Shown piece by piece: positions 47,415 through 60,067 of a DNA stretch of 64,000 bases; position 1 is the first letter of the stretch, and every line of letters begins with the position of its first letter. The notes below the pieces were generated by a model. The model ran no database searches and was not told the origin of the DNA. It saw only the letters and a list, made by a program, of their open reading frames with translations. Source of the stretch: Eledone cirrhosa (Eukaryota); the NCBI GenBank assembly GCA_964016885.1, contig OZ024743.1, positions 6,386,001 through 6,450,000 of the forward strand, written 5' to 3'. The translations under genes and the position numbers were made by a program.

Positions 47415-47988
47415 GTAAGTAGCATTTCAATTGTATGTTATTTTATATATGTAGATATAGTCAGTAGCATATTTTATTTAGAGTTACCTTAGAAATGATA
47501 GAATCCTTCTAATAATTTCTAATTTAGGCACAAGGCCAGTAATTTTGAGCAGAGATAAATCAATGATATCAATCCCAGTACTTGAATGGAATTAGAAAGG
47601 GTCTGGAATTAGCTGTCGAAAGGAGCAAGAGCTCAGTCGTCCGGCCCCAACTCTTTCAAATATACATATATATATGTACACACACAACTTCAATACAAAT
47701 ATTTTTATAAAAAGAGATTCATATTGTAGTAAACATATTATTTTTTTAGCAAGATATATTTCAAAAAGATAAAGAGAGAGAAAGAATGAAATAACAAAAG
47801 ACTGAATGAAATCCCACACTTTGCTACATCTTCCTTATCTATCTTCTGCTCCTCTCCCTCCTGGTTTAAATCTAGTCATCATATTTTATTCTCTACACTC
47901 TTTCTTATGTTTACTATACTTCTCATTCCTACTCTGTTACAGACAGAAAATAAAATGCATATGCATATTTTGTTGTGTAAAATGGTAA

Positions 47989-50900
47989 TCATGACAAAAA
48001 GTGCCCAGTCCACACTGTAAAGTGGTTGTGTAGGTGTCATGGCAAAAAGTACCCAGTCCATACTGTAAAGTGGTTATGTATATGTCACAACAAAAAGCAC
48101 CCAGTCTACACCATAAAGTGGTTATGTAGGTGTCATGGCAAAAATTACCCAGTCTACACTGTAAAGTGGTTATGTAGATGTCACAACAAAAAGCACCCAG
48201 TCTACACCGTAAAGTGGTTATGTAGGTGTCATGACAAAAAGCACCCAGTCCACACTGTAAAGTGGTTATGTAGGTGTCATGACAAAAAGCACCCAGTCCA
48301 CACTGTAAAGTGGTTATGTAGGTGTCATGACAAAAAGCACCCAGTCCACACTGTAAAGTGGTTATGTAGGTGTCATGACAAAAAGCACCCAGTCCACACT
48401 GTAAAGTGGTTATGTAGGTGTCATGACAAAAAGCACCCAGTCTACACCGTAAAGTGGTTATGTAGGTGTCATGACAAAAAGCACCCAGTCCACACTGTAA
48501 AGTGGTTATGTAGGTGTCAAGACAAAAAGCACCCAGTCCACACTGTAAAGTGGTTATGTAGGTGTCATGACAAAAAGCACCCAGTCCACACTGTAAAGTG
48601 GTTATGTAGGTGTCATGACAAAAAGCACCCAGTCCACACTGCAAAGTGGTTATGTAGGTGTCATGACAAAAAGCACCCAGTCCACACTGTAAAGTGGTTA
48701 TGTAGGTGTCATGACAAAAAGCACCCAGTCCACACTGTAAAGTGGTTATGTAGGTGTCATGACAAAAAGCACCCAGTCCACACTGTAAAGTGGTTATGTA
48801 GGTGTCATGACAAAAAGCACCCAGTCTACACCGTAAAGTGGTTATGTAGGTGTCATGACAAAAAGCACCCAGTCCACACTGTAAAGTGGTTATGTAGGTG
48901 TCATGACAAAAAGCACCCAGTCCACACTGTAAAGTGGTTATGTAGGTGTCATGACAAAAAGCACCCAGTCCACACTGTAAAGTGGTTATGTAGGTGTCAT
49001 GACAAAAAGCACCCAGTCCACACTGTAAAGTGGTTATGTAGGTGTCATGACAAAAAGCACCCAGTCTACACCGTAAAGTGGTTATGTAGGTGTCATGACA
49101 AAAAGCACCCAGTCCACACCGTAAAGTGGTTATGTAGGTGTCATGACAAAAAGCACCCAGTCCACACTGTAAAGTGGTTATGTAGGTGTCATGACAAAAA
49201 GCACCCAGTCCACACTGTAAAGTGGTTATGTAGGTGTCATGACAAAAAGCACCCAGTCCACACTGTAAAGTGGTTATGTAGGTGTCATGACAAAAAGCAC
49301 CCAGTCCACACTGTAAAGTGGTTATGTAGGTGACATGACAAAAAGCACCCAGTCCACACTGTAAAGTGGTTATGTAGGTGTCATGACAAAAAGCACCCAG
49401 TCCACACTGTAAAGTGGTTATGTAGGTGTCATGACAAAAAGCACCCAGTCCACACTGTAAAGTGGTTATGTAGGTGTCATGACAAAAAGCACCCAGTCTA
49501 CACCGTAAAGTAGTTATGTAGGTGTCATGACAAAAAGCACCCAGTCCACACTGTAAAGTGGTTATGTAGGTGTCATGACAAAAAGCACCCAGTCCACACT
49601 GTAAAGTGGTTATGTAGGTGTCATGACAAAAAGCACCCAGTCTACACCGTAAAGTGGTTATGTAGGTGTCATGACAAAAAGCACCCAGTCCACACTGTAA
49701 AGTGGTTATGTAGGTGTCATGACAAAAAGCACCCAGTCCACACTGTAAAGTGGTTATGTAGGTGTCATGACAAAAAGCACCCAGTCCACACTGTAAAGTG
49801 GTTATGTAGGTGTCATGACAAAAAGCACCCAGTCTACACCGTAAAGTGGTTATGTAGGTGTCATGACAAAAAGCACCCAGTCCACACCGTAAAGTGGTTA
49901 TGTAGGTGTCATGACAAAAAGCACCCAGTCCACACTGTAAAGTGGTTATGTAGGTGTCATGACAAAAAGCACCCAGTCCACACTGTAAAGTGGTTATGTA
50001 GGTGTCATGACAAAAAGCACCCAGTCCACACTGTAAAGTGGTTATGTAGGTGTCATGACAAAAAGCACCCAGTCCACACTGTAAAGTGGTTATGTAGGTG
50101 TCATGACAAAAAGCACCCAGTCCACACTGTAAAGTGGTTATGTAGGTGTCATGACAAAAAGCACCCAGTCCACACTGTAAAGTGGTTATGTAGGTGTCAT
50201 GACAAAAAGCACCCAGTCCACACTGTAAAGTGGTTATGTAGGTGTCATGACAAAAAGCACCCAGTCTACACCGTAAAGTAGTTATGTAGGTGTCATGACA
50301 AAAAGCACCCAGTCCACACTGTAAAGTGGTTATGTAGGTGTCATGACAAAAAGCACCCAGTCCACACTGTAAAGTGGTTATGTAGGTGTCATGACAAAAA
50401 GCACCCAGTCTACACCGTAAAGTGGTTATGTAGGTGTCATGACAAAAAGCACCCAGTCCACACTGTAAAGTGGTTATGTAGGTGTCATGACAAAAAGCAC
50501 CCAGTCCACACTGTAAAGTGGTTATGTAGGTGTCATGACAAAAAGCACCCAGTCCACACTGTAAAGTGGTTATGTAGGTGTCATGACAAAAAGCACCCAG
50601 TCTACACCGTAAAGTGGTTATGTAGGTGTCATGACAAAAAGCACCCAGTCCACACTGTAAAGTGGTTATGTAGATGTCACAACAAAAAGCACCCAGTCTA
50701 CACCGTAAAGTGGTTATGTAGGTGTCATGACAAAAAGCACCCAGTCTACACCGTAAAGTGGTTATGTAGGTGTCATGACAAAAAGCACCCAGTCCACACT
50801 GTAAAGTGGTTATGTAGGTGTCATGACAAAAAGCACCCAGTCCACACTGTAAAGTGGTTATGTAGGTGTCATGACAAAAAGCACCCAGTCCACACTGTAA

Positions 50901-52097
50901 AGTGGTTATGTAGATGTCACAACAAAAAGCACCCAGTCTACACCGTAAAGTGGTTATGTAGGTGTCATGACAAAAAGCACCCAGTCCACACTGTAAAGTG
51001 GTTATGTAGGTGTCATGACAAAAAGCACCCAGTCCACACTGTAAAGTGGTTATGTAGGTGTCATGACAAAAAGCACCCAGTCCACACTGTAAAGTGGTTA
51101 TGTAGGTGTCATGACAAAAAGCACCCAGTCCACACTGTAAAGTGGTTATGTAGGTGTCATGACAAAAAGCACCCAGTCCACACTGTAAAGTGGTTATGTA
51201 GGTGTCATGACAAAAAGCACCCAGTCCACACTGTAAAGTGGTTATGTAGGTGTCATGACAAAAAGCACCCAGTCCACACTGTAAAGTGGTTATGTAGGTG
51301 TCATGACAAAAAGCACCCAGTCTACACCGTAAAGTAGTTATGTAGGTGTCATGACAAAAAGCACCCAGTCCACACTGTAAAGTGGTTATGTAGGTGTCAT
51401 GACAAAAAGCACCCAGTCCACACTGTAAAGTGGTTATGTAGGTGTCATGACAAAAAGCACCCAGTCCACACTGTAAAGTGGTTATGTAGGTGTCATGACA
51501 AAAAGCACCCAGTCCACACTGTAAAGTGGTTATGTAGGTGTCATGACAAAAAGCACCCAGTCTACACCGTAAAGTGGTTATGTAGGTGTCATGACAAAAA
51601 GCACCCAGTCCACACTGTAAAGTGGTTATGTAGGTGTCATGACAAAAAGCACCCAGTCCACACTGTAAAGTGGTTATGTAGGTGTCATGACAAAAAGCAC
51701 CCAGTCCACACTGTAAAGTGGTTATGTAGGTGTCATGACAAAAAGCACCCAGTCCACACTGTAAAGTGGTTATGTAGGTGTCATGACAAAAAGCACCCAG
51801 TCTACACCGTAAAGTAGTTATGTAGGTGTCATGACAAAAAGCACCCAGTCCACACTGTAAAGTGGTTATGTAGGTGTCATGACAAAAAGCACCCAGTCCA
51901 CACTGTAAAGTGGTTATGTAGGTGTCATGACAAAAAGCACCCAGTCCACACTGTAAAGTGGTTATGTAGGTGTCATGACAAAAAGCACCCAGTCCACACT
52001 GTAAAGTGGTTATGTAGGTGTCATGACAAAAAGCACCCAGTCCACACTGTAAAGTGGTTATGTAGGTGTCATGACAAAAAGCACCCAGTCTACACTA
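47989..52097 (+). repeat. 48-bp tandem array, about 86 units (4.1 kb)
   Basis: Consensus gcacccagtccacactgtaaagtggttatgtaggtgtcatgacaaaaa. Exact 48-bp phase from 48001 to 52081 with no indels seen. Confidence 0.98.
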
Positions 52098-52266
52098 TAA
52101 TAGTAGTTGGCATTAGGAAGGGCATCCAACCCTAGAAACCAATCCAGAAACAGTTCTGTATGAGCAAGACATATTTGTCTGATCTGGCTTGTCTCACCAT
52201 AGAACAACTCGTCTAACCTTTGCTAGTGTGGAAAAATGGATATTAAACAGTGACAATGATGATGAT
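52098..52266 (+). mobile_element. RTE-type 3' tail contiguous with the 48-bp array
   Basis: gttggcattaggaagggcatccaaccctagaaacc...gagcaagac...ctaacc..tgctagtgtggaaaa..gatattaaa..gatgatgatg parallels 37635-37785. Confidence 0.85.
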
Positions 52267-53453
52267 GTGACATATTATTATATTGTATACCTTACTTTAT
52301 TTTGCCAACAGAAATTTTAACCACAATTCACTGACATTTCATCATCATTGCCATTTTACTATTTTGTTTGTAATTTCTGACTCGTTATAATTCTTGACAA
52401 GATATATATAGCTATATGGCATGTGATGCAGGAAATAGTATCATAGAAATATAACAAACAGGAAGAAATATTAAAACCAAATGCACAATATTTGCAATCC
52501 AATTTGCCAAAGGCTAGCATTGTAATGATATAGTTTCACATGTATGCAGTAGTAACTGTTGTTTCATGCTCATGCAGCAAATATTTCAGATTTCAGCTTT
52601 GATAAATTGGGTTGATATATCACAATGCAGTTTGATTCACAAAGTTGAAAGTACAACTTCCTTAATACAGTTATAACATCATAAAACATTGTGAAATTCA
52701 TTAATGGCTGGAAAATCTCAACAGTTCTGAGTGTGCATCTATAGCCTAAGTTTAATGTACACTTGATAATTACTATTAGCATTGTCAATTGAAGATATTT
52801 ATTTTGCTTCAGATACATTTTGACAATAACATTTATTCTCCTCAATTCTTCATTTTTTTTTTTTTACACTCAAGGGAGACAACACTGTCTTATCTTATTA
52901 GTTTCATCCTAAATCAGGGGTCATCTGACACAGTAACTTAATTTTAAAATCATAGCTACATTAGAGTCAACTTATTTAATGCAGAGAGAATTAAAGGAAT
53001 AATTATATGAAGAAAATACTATTATTCAATGTCTGATATTTTCTTTTCTTTTTGTATGTATGGTAAAGGCTATATCATATAACATCAGTGAAATTTACCA
53101 TACATACAAAAATAGTGATAAGAGAGTCCCTTATTGGCATAAGAAAATATAATTGTTTAGCAATTTGCTGATGGAATTATAGTAAAACAACAGTATGTCC
53201 AGAGTCACCTCTCATACTTCTTGAAATGAATATCATATTAGACACTGGTTAACATTGTTTTATTCCTTGTTACACAATTATTTCAAGTTAGCATTTTAAT
53301 GTCACCTGTATTAGATATGTTAACTCCAATTTAACTATAGTTTTTTTAATGCTTGAGGTATCTTTGAATCATTTAAAAACCAGTGTATGGAATTTGTTCA
53401 GACAAATATACTCATGTAAATGCTTAGATATACACAATAATATTTTAGCTTAA

Positions 53454-53674
53454 CTCTTTAGCATTTACTCTACTCTATATTTACTATTGTATTTTCACAG
53501 CAAACACATTATCTCACATCATCATCCCACATAATATTGAATCTATGAGATTTTGATATAATTTATTTTGAGAACAATACCTTAACATCAATATGAGCGA
53601 CCGGTTACAACCAGTTTGAACAGAAAGGGATGAGAGAATTCTTGTCGGATACAGCCAGTTTAAACGCTAAAGGG
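53454..53674. mobile_element. piggyBac-type MITE
   Basis: TTAA flanks (53450-53453, 53675-53678) and c(t)ctttagcattta / taaacgctaaaggg TIRs. Confidence 0.7.
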
Positions 53675-53835
53675 TTAAATATACACTTATATATACACAA
53701 TAATATTTTAGCTTTAACAAAAAACATTGATAAGTCACTGCTAGCTTGTGTTGCTAAATGTTCAAGTCATTTAGCTTCATGTTTTGCTTTCAGTTGAAGC
53801 TGAGCTTGATTTTCTCTTTGTGCTATTTCATATAT

Positions 53836-54160
53836 GCAGTAAATATATATATATATCATCATCATCATCTTCCATGCTAGCAGGAGTTAGATGAGATGTC
53901 CTGTTATATGCAATGCTAGGTCAGGTGACCATGCTTTGCTTATACAGAACTGATTTTAGCTTGGTTTCTATAGCTGGATGTCCTTCCTAATGCCAACCTC
54001 ATTTACAGTGAGTATTGGGTGATTTTTGTTGATACCTCCACGACCACTTTACAGTGTAGACTGGGTACTTTTTGTTGTGACACCTACATGACCACTTTAC
54101 AGTGTGGGCTGGGTGCTTTTTGTCATCATACTTACACAACCCCTATACAGTGGACTGTAA
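53836..54160 (-). mobile_element. RTE-type 3' end with 3-4 copies of the 48-bp unit
   Basis: (CAT)n, ggatgtccttcctaatgccaac, then repeated accactttacagtgtrgrctgggtrctttttgt units. Confidence 0.85.
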
Positions 54161-54854
54161 ATATATATATATGAGTGTATGTGTGTAGTACTGTAGAAGA
54201 CATTTTCTCAAGATGTCACATACTGTGATCAAACCCAGAACTATATGGTTGTAGAGCATTAAATCACTGCTGTCTGCACCTTCAGATCTCCATTTTATAT
54301 TTATATTTGAGGAATAGTTATAACAAAATAGTAGCCTTTTATTTTGTTTACCTTCCAGGAGACATTTAATAAGTGGTGTTCATTGTCAATGCCGTGAGAA
54401 GTCATGTTACTTACATAGTTTTCCTTTTCTTTAAAATATATGTTTAGAGATACCCAGTTTTTCTTTCTTTTATGACAATAATAGCAAATACAGCTTATAA
54501 AATTACATTTTTGGAATAAGTGACTGCCACAACTACATCTGAAACAACATGTCTTCTTATTGGTTTACCCTGTGTAAGTGTCACTGTAAAGTTTATGAGG
54601 TTGTGCCTTTTATCTACAGTTCAAAACAGTTTAGATATTTCTCATTTTTATTATTAGCTTTCCTCACCTTTGAATTAGAGGCAATATTTAGAAATGTTTT
54701 GTGGTTAGCTTCAAACTACAATGTTTGAAGTATACTTTCATGGTTGATCTCAATTAGGAAATCTCTTTCCAAGTCAAGTTGCTGCAATGTTCAGCAACCG
54801 ATTTCTTAATTCCTAAAAGGTTTTCACATTACCATTGTTATTGTTGTTATTATT

Positions 54855-55082
54855 AAGGGCAGTGGATTGGCAGTATTGGTAGAGCATGGGACACCATGCT
54901 TCAAGGCATACAGTTACGGCCCTTTACATTCTGAGTTCAAATGCTGCCAAGGTTAGCCTTGCCTTTCATCCTTATGGGATCGATAAATAAAGCACCAGTA
55001 ATGCACTGGGGTTGATTTAATCGATTTTTCGCTCCCCTTCAAATTACTGGGTTTGTGCCTAAAGTATAAACAGTTATTATTA
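54855..55082 (+). mobile_element. tRNA-derived SINE, full length
   Basis: gggcagtggattggcagtattggtagagc...gagttcaaat...gcctttcatcc. Confidence 0.85.
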
Positions 55083-56771
55083 TAATTGACACAGATATTA
55101 ATGTTATATGGCCTTTCTATTTTTATTTGATATGAAATCTTACTACAAAAAGCTCCAAGTTACCATTTGATATACCATTTTGAACACTTGTTTACCACAT
55201 ATATTGGTTCAACATATATTGATTAAATGTCTGAAATCAGTAGATGTTAATGAGATTGTATGTTTTTCTATTATTAAACTCATCTTCTTCTTTAAGTAGT
55301 TTAAGAGCATTTACATTAATAGAGGCGTGTTTAATCCTCTTGGTGCTGCAGGCGACTGAATGCACCGGTAGGGTAATCTCTCCTTAATACATAATACAGT
55401 ATCAAGGGAAGCAATTCATAAAAAATTCAGTCTCCAGAAGGTTAAAGTTTGCAGGTCTGCATATGGTCATTTTTTAGGCAATGTTATATGACAATATGCC
55501 CTTCCTGGTGTTAACTTTTTTGTCATCTCTTAAAACACACAGAGATATGGTGTGCAGTGTACCAATTCCAAACCAGATTTACACTACATGAAATTCATCA
55601 AATAGGAAAAATAATTTACATCCATGTTACATTTCAATGTTAGAACTTTGAGCATTATTAACTGTCTTCTTACTTGATACATGTTACTAGACTAGGTTCA
55701 AACTTGAACCGATGAATATGAAAATTATTATCATTTGTTAAGAAATAAAAGTCCCAAATTCAAATCCAATCTTGTATTATATATACATCTAGATATAAGA
55801 CACCTAATGATGTTTAAATACCCAAGTGATTGAGGTACAAATGGAAACAAAAAACATTTTATCTCTCAAGATGAAATCAATAATAAAACATAAAATCTTT
55901 CCTTTATTTGACAAAAGTTCATATTTATTTCAAATTTTAGGCCAGCCAAGAGTAGGTAACTTTGTCATTATTCAACATTTAAAAAAATTTGAACTTGCAT
56001 TATTTGTTATTAATATAGAGCATATGAAAGATTAGTTTTATTTTCTAGATACCAAGCAATTACAGCTACAATTTTGTTTTGAATTATTTAATTGTTGAAT
56101 ACTGTTAAATAATGATTTCTGTTATATGCTCAAAGCCACAAATTTGTTTATGGTACCGTGGTTTATATGAAAAATAATTACATATCAGACATATACTAGT
56201 ATCTGTTCAATTAATTACACTTTCCAATAAATTTGAGACTGTAGAAATAATTTTATATAAGCACTTGATTTAATGTTTTTAAACAGAATTTTATTTACTA
56301 ACCTCATTCCCACATACTGGCTAAGTCTACTCTAATGGTTAGTTCAGTATATGTCAGCATGGAGGGGAAATGCTCATGTAACTATATGCCCCATTTCCAT
56401 GATGAATTATAACAGGATTATTTTATCTGTCTGATATTCAACATTTATGGTGGAGAGAACCATTTGTGATCACTTCTTACAATATCTTGAATTTCTTTCC
56501 TTAGCAATCAGGAATATGAGTTGTGAAAAGCCAGATTTACTGATGTTTCACTTTCCTAAGTAAAACATAAAGCCTCTAGCTTTATTAATCAAATGAGTAA
56601 AAATAATATTTTATATTTAATTCATTATGACAATGTCAGAAATCATTACATTATTTTCTTGTTTCAATGTGATTAAGTTGATCAACTAAAGAATATACCA
56701 ATTGTTTTTCATTGAGATTACTTTTGAAAAGAAAATTTGTTTTAAAATAAAAAAAATTAATTGTTTTATAG

Positions 56772-56840
56772 CTATGGTTATCCTTGTGCATCAGAAGGAA
56801 ACAATCGTACAAACCTTGAGCGTCCAAAACCAATAAATTG
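56772..56840 (+). CDS. KCNT: KCNT/Slo2-like K+ channel, S1-S2 extracellular loop exon
   Basis: ttttatag| ... |gtaagt; 69 bp, phase 2 to 2. (C)YGYPCASEGNNRTNLERPKPIN(W) resembles KCNT CWGCPKQNYS...EINW and keeps an N-glycosylation sequon (NRT). Confidence 0.8.
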
Positions 56841-58559
56841 GTAAGTTACCTTTAACTTTAAAGAATAACAATAAATGTTAAATTTTAAATTAACTATTTT
56901 ACAATCTTCACTCTACCATAAATTGGTTACTTCTATATACAAGAATTTGTTTTTACGTACGTTAAACTAGATTTTAAATGCTTTAATATTTCTGGGTGTA
57001 GGTTTATGGTCAATTTGGTGGAAATTTTAACTAAACTGCATCAAATCATAATTTTACTCTAAACAGTTGTGGTATATCACAATATGTTTAAAATAAATGC
57101 AATTAATTATTCCCTGCTTTTTCTACCTAATTATCTATTGGGCATTAGAAGACCATATTCAGTCCTATTTTGTTATTTTTCCATTGTAATGTAGGTTTCT
57201 GAACTCTCCTTTTTCATTACAGCTGATGCATGATTTTGTCATTAATATTTATATCACTTTTAAACTTATATTACATAAATCATGAAGTTATAATTTCTAA
57301 GACTCCATAATCAACAAAGATAAAAATATCTTGATAGCTGAATTGACAAGTTAACTGGTGTCAACTTTAAGAGTTAACATTTTTGTTGTTGTTATTACCT
57401 AGTTAGAGGAGGAAGAACAGTACTTTTCTCATTATATTTGTGACTGATGGTAGGAAAGGAGGAGGTTTTGCTCAGATAAGAACCTAGCCAAAAAATTTGT
57501 ATAGAGTGAACTCTGTTAAATGCAGTGATATTAAGACAGGCAACGGCTCTATTCTGTGTCTATTTAAATACATTTGACTCCCAACAAAACCAATGTACTG
57601 ATACATAAGTAATTTGCTATAGTTCACTTGCTGAAAGTAGTACTTGTAGTGTTGATACCAACAATCCATAGTATGTCTAGAAGAGCTACATCCTACTGGT
57701 ATTATCCAAATAATTAAGCATATCATGTGAGTAATGAGTGCATTTGACCATAAGAAAAGGATAATACAGGAAGTCAGATAATTTGTCTAACAAAGAAATA
57801 AAACTATATACTGTGCTAGTATGATGTAGATTGCACTAGTTGCATGGAATATGCATAATATATTACAAATGTTGGTTCAGAATTAAGTAAACTTGATTTA
57901 TTTATTAAATGTTAGTTATTGTAGAATACTTATGTTGTTAAATCTTTCATCAATATATAATCTGATGCTGCCAAAGAGAAAATGGAAATAAGTTACTTTT
58001 AATCAACAAAAAACTCTATATATAACAGTATGTAAGAAAAGAGAGAAACTATGTAGTCCAAAGGCCATCACTCTGTTTTGACTTCTTTAAATTCTCTCCC
58101 TTTTCTGTCGATAGTAAACTGTGGAAAAGAAATTTAGATAAGGGAGTTAACATGGCGACAAGGAAGGTCGCTTGACCACGTCTTGACCGAACAAAATATA
58201 ATATTTTCACCAAAAACTGCCCTTTAAACACATGTCAGATGGATTACAATATTCATTATCACAATTACTTTCACTGTTCCCTGACAACTAGTACCAGTTT
58301 CAAGATAGAATTATTTTAACGAAGTATATATAATTTGACTTGATTTTCGCCAACAAACCACGTGTGGACATGGACGGGGAAAAAAGGAAAAAAAAAACAA
58401 AACAAATCACTACGTCCCTTAAGGATCGCAGTAAGTACTCCACAAAACATATAAACAACAATATACACACAGATTTATATACAGATACATACCATATGCA
58501 TATACACACACGTGAAAAGAAACCACACTATTTCGTGTGAGACACTAAACCGGCCAATT

Positions 58560-60027
58560 TTACAGCCTCATCCGGCCCTCAGTTTGGATTTATCCCTAAC
58601 TCCAGCTGCTGTGATCAGCTTATCGAGTTTCTTGAGGACATCACCCGGATCACTGACAGCGGCTCATGGGTGGATGTTGTTTACCTTGACTTTGCTAAGG
58701 CTTTTAATTCTGTGCCACACAAAAGACTTATGGCAAAACTCTCTGCAATGGGTGTGAGGGATGATCTTTTCGACTGGCTGAAATCCTTCATTCTCAGCCG
58801 AAAGGAAGTAGTCACAGTTCTAGGACAGCATTCTTCACCATATGAGATGTCATCTGGTGTACCACAGGGATCTGTTCTTGGTCCTCTTTTGTTTGTGGCA
58901 TATATTAATGACATAGATGCCAACTTACAGAATGCCACGGTACTAAAATATGCAGATGACATCAAGCTGTACCTTGAAATCAAAAGGACTGATCCTGAAA
59001 TTTACAACTCTTTCCTACAATCAGACCTGGACACAATGCAGCAATGGATCACAGACTGGCAACTGAAGCTGGCTGTGGACAAGTGTACCACCATGCATTT
59101 TGGAAGGAAAAATCCAGCGTCCACATACTCCCTCCACAACACTGACATCAAAAAGTCCTCTTGTGAACGTGACCTGGGCATTACTGTCAGCAACGATTTG
59201 CGTTGGACAAAGCATGTCTCTAAGATTGTCAAGAAGGCCGAGGGTGTCTTGGCATCACTCAGCAAGACCTTTGTTAGCCGCTCTCCAGCCATCTATTTAA
59301 AACTGTATACAGCTATGGTGCGACCACACTTGGAATTCGCATCATCAGTCTGGAACCCCTATCTTGCTCGGAACATTGACCTCCTGGAAACTGTTCAGAG
59401 ACGTGCAACCAAGCGCATACCCTCCATCAGACACCTACCATACTCTGAACACCTTGCTTCCCTGGGCATGGATTCATTGAAGCTCCGACGTCTGGCAATG
59501 GACTTGGTGAATACCCACAAAGTTTTTAACCATCTCGCCAACTGCAACCCTGAGCGCCTCTTTGATCTCCATGTGTCTAACACACGTGGACATGCCTACA
59601 AGATAAGAAAACAGCACAGCTCCCATGACTTTCGCAGACATTTTTTCACACTCAAAGTTGCTGAAGCATGGAACAAACTGCCTGCGTCAATTGTTAGCTG
59701 CCGAGACACTGCATCCTTTAAGACACTCATGCTTCCCAAAATACGCCAAAACTACACCTGATGTACCCCTTCCATACACATGCACACATGTGTGTATCAT
59801 GACTCGTGCACTGTTCATTTTACTGATGTTTGTGCATTGCCCTATGTACTGTACATGCACTTTTTTGATGAGTTGTGGTGCACCTGGGCACTGTACACAA
59901 TATTTCATTATTGTTATTGTTATTATATCATGACTCATACACTGTTTATTTTCCTGTCATTTGTACATTATTCTATGTACTATACATGCACCTTTGATGA
60001 GTTGTAGTGCACCTGAGCACTGTACAC

Positions 60028-60067
<40 letters not shown>
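58560..60067 (+). mobile_element. 5'-truncated CR1-clade LINE
   Basis: QFGFIPNSSCCDQLIEFL (about 58579-58635, other frame), then the RT ORF, a duplicated ~130-bp 3'UTR unit and an (ATT)n tail. A short related 3' end lies at about 18990-19060. Confidence 0.9.
58670..59761 (+). CDS. CR1 reverse transcriptase, C-terminal 363 aa, uninterrupted
   Basis: DVVYLDFAKAFNSVPH, SGVPQGSVLGPLLF, YADDIK, ERDLGI, VRPHLEFASSVWNP, TRGH, WNKLP. Confidence 0.88.
   Translation: MDVVYLDFAKAFNSVPHKRLMAKLSAMGVRDDLFDWLKSFILSRKEVVTVLGQHSSPYEMSSGVPQGSVLGPLLFVAYINDIDANLQNATVLKYADDIKLYLEIKRTDPEIYNSFLQSDLDTMQQWITDWQLKLAVDKCTTMHFGRKNPASTYSLHNTDIKKSSCERDLGITVSNDLRWTKHVSKIVKKAEGVLASLSKTFVSRSPAIYLKLYTAMVRPHLEFASSVWNPYLARNIDLLETVQRRATKRIPSIRHLPYSEHLASLGMDSLKLRRLAMDLVNTHKVFNHLANCNPERLFDLHVSNTRGHAYKIRKQHSSHDFRRHFFTLKVAEAWNKLPASIVSCRDTASFKTLMLPKIRQNYT

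Noticed and set aside
48026-49333. 435-aa Cys/His-rich 'zinc-finger' protein ORF
   Set aside because: Pure translation of the 48-bp repeat with a non-ATG start, no C2H2 spacing, and stops further along the array.
47989-52097. CRISPR-like array
   Set aside because: Units are contiguous with no unique spacers, there are no cas genes, the context is eukaryotic, and the unit derives from an RTE 3'UTR.
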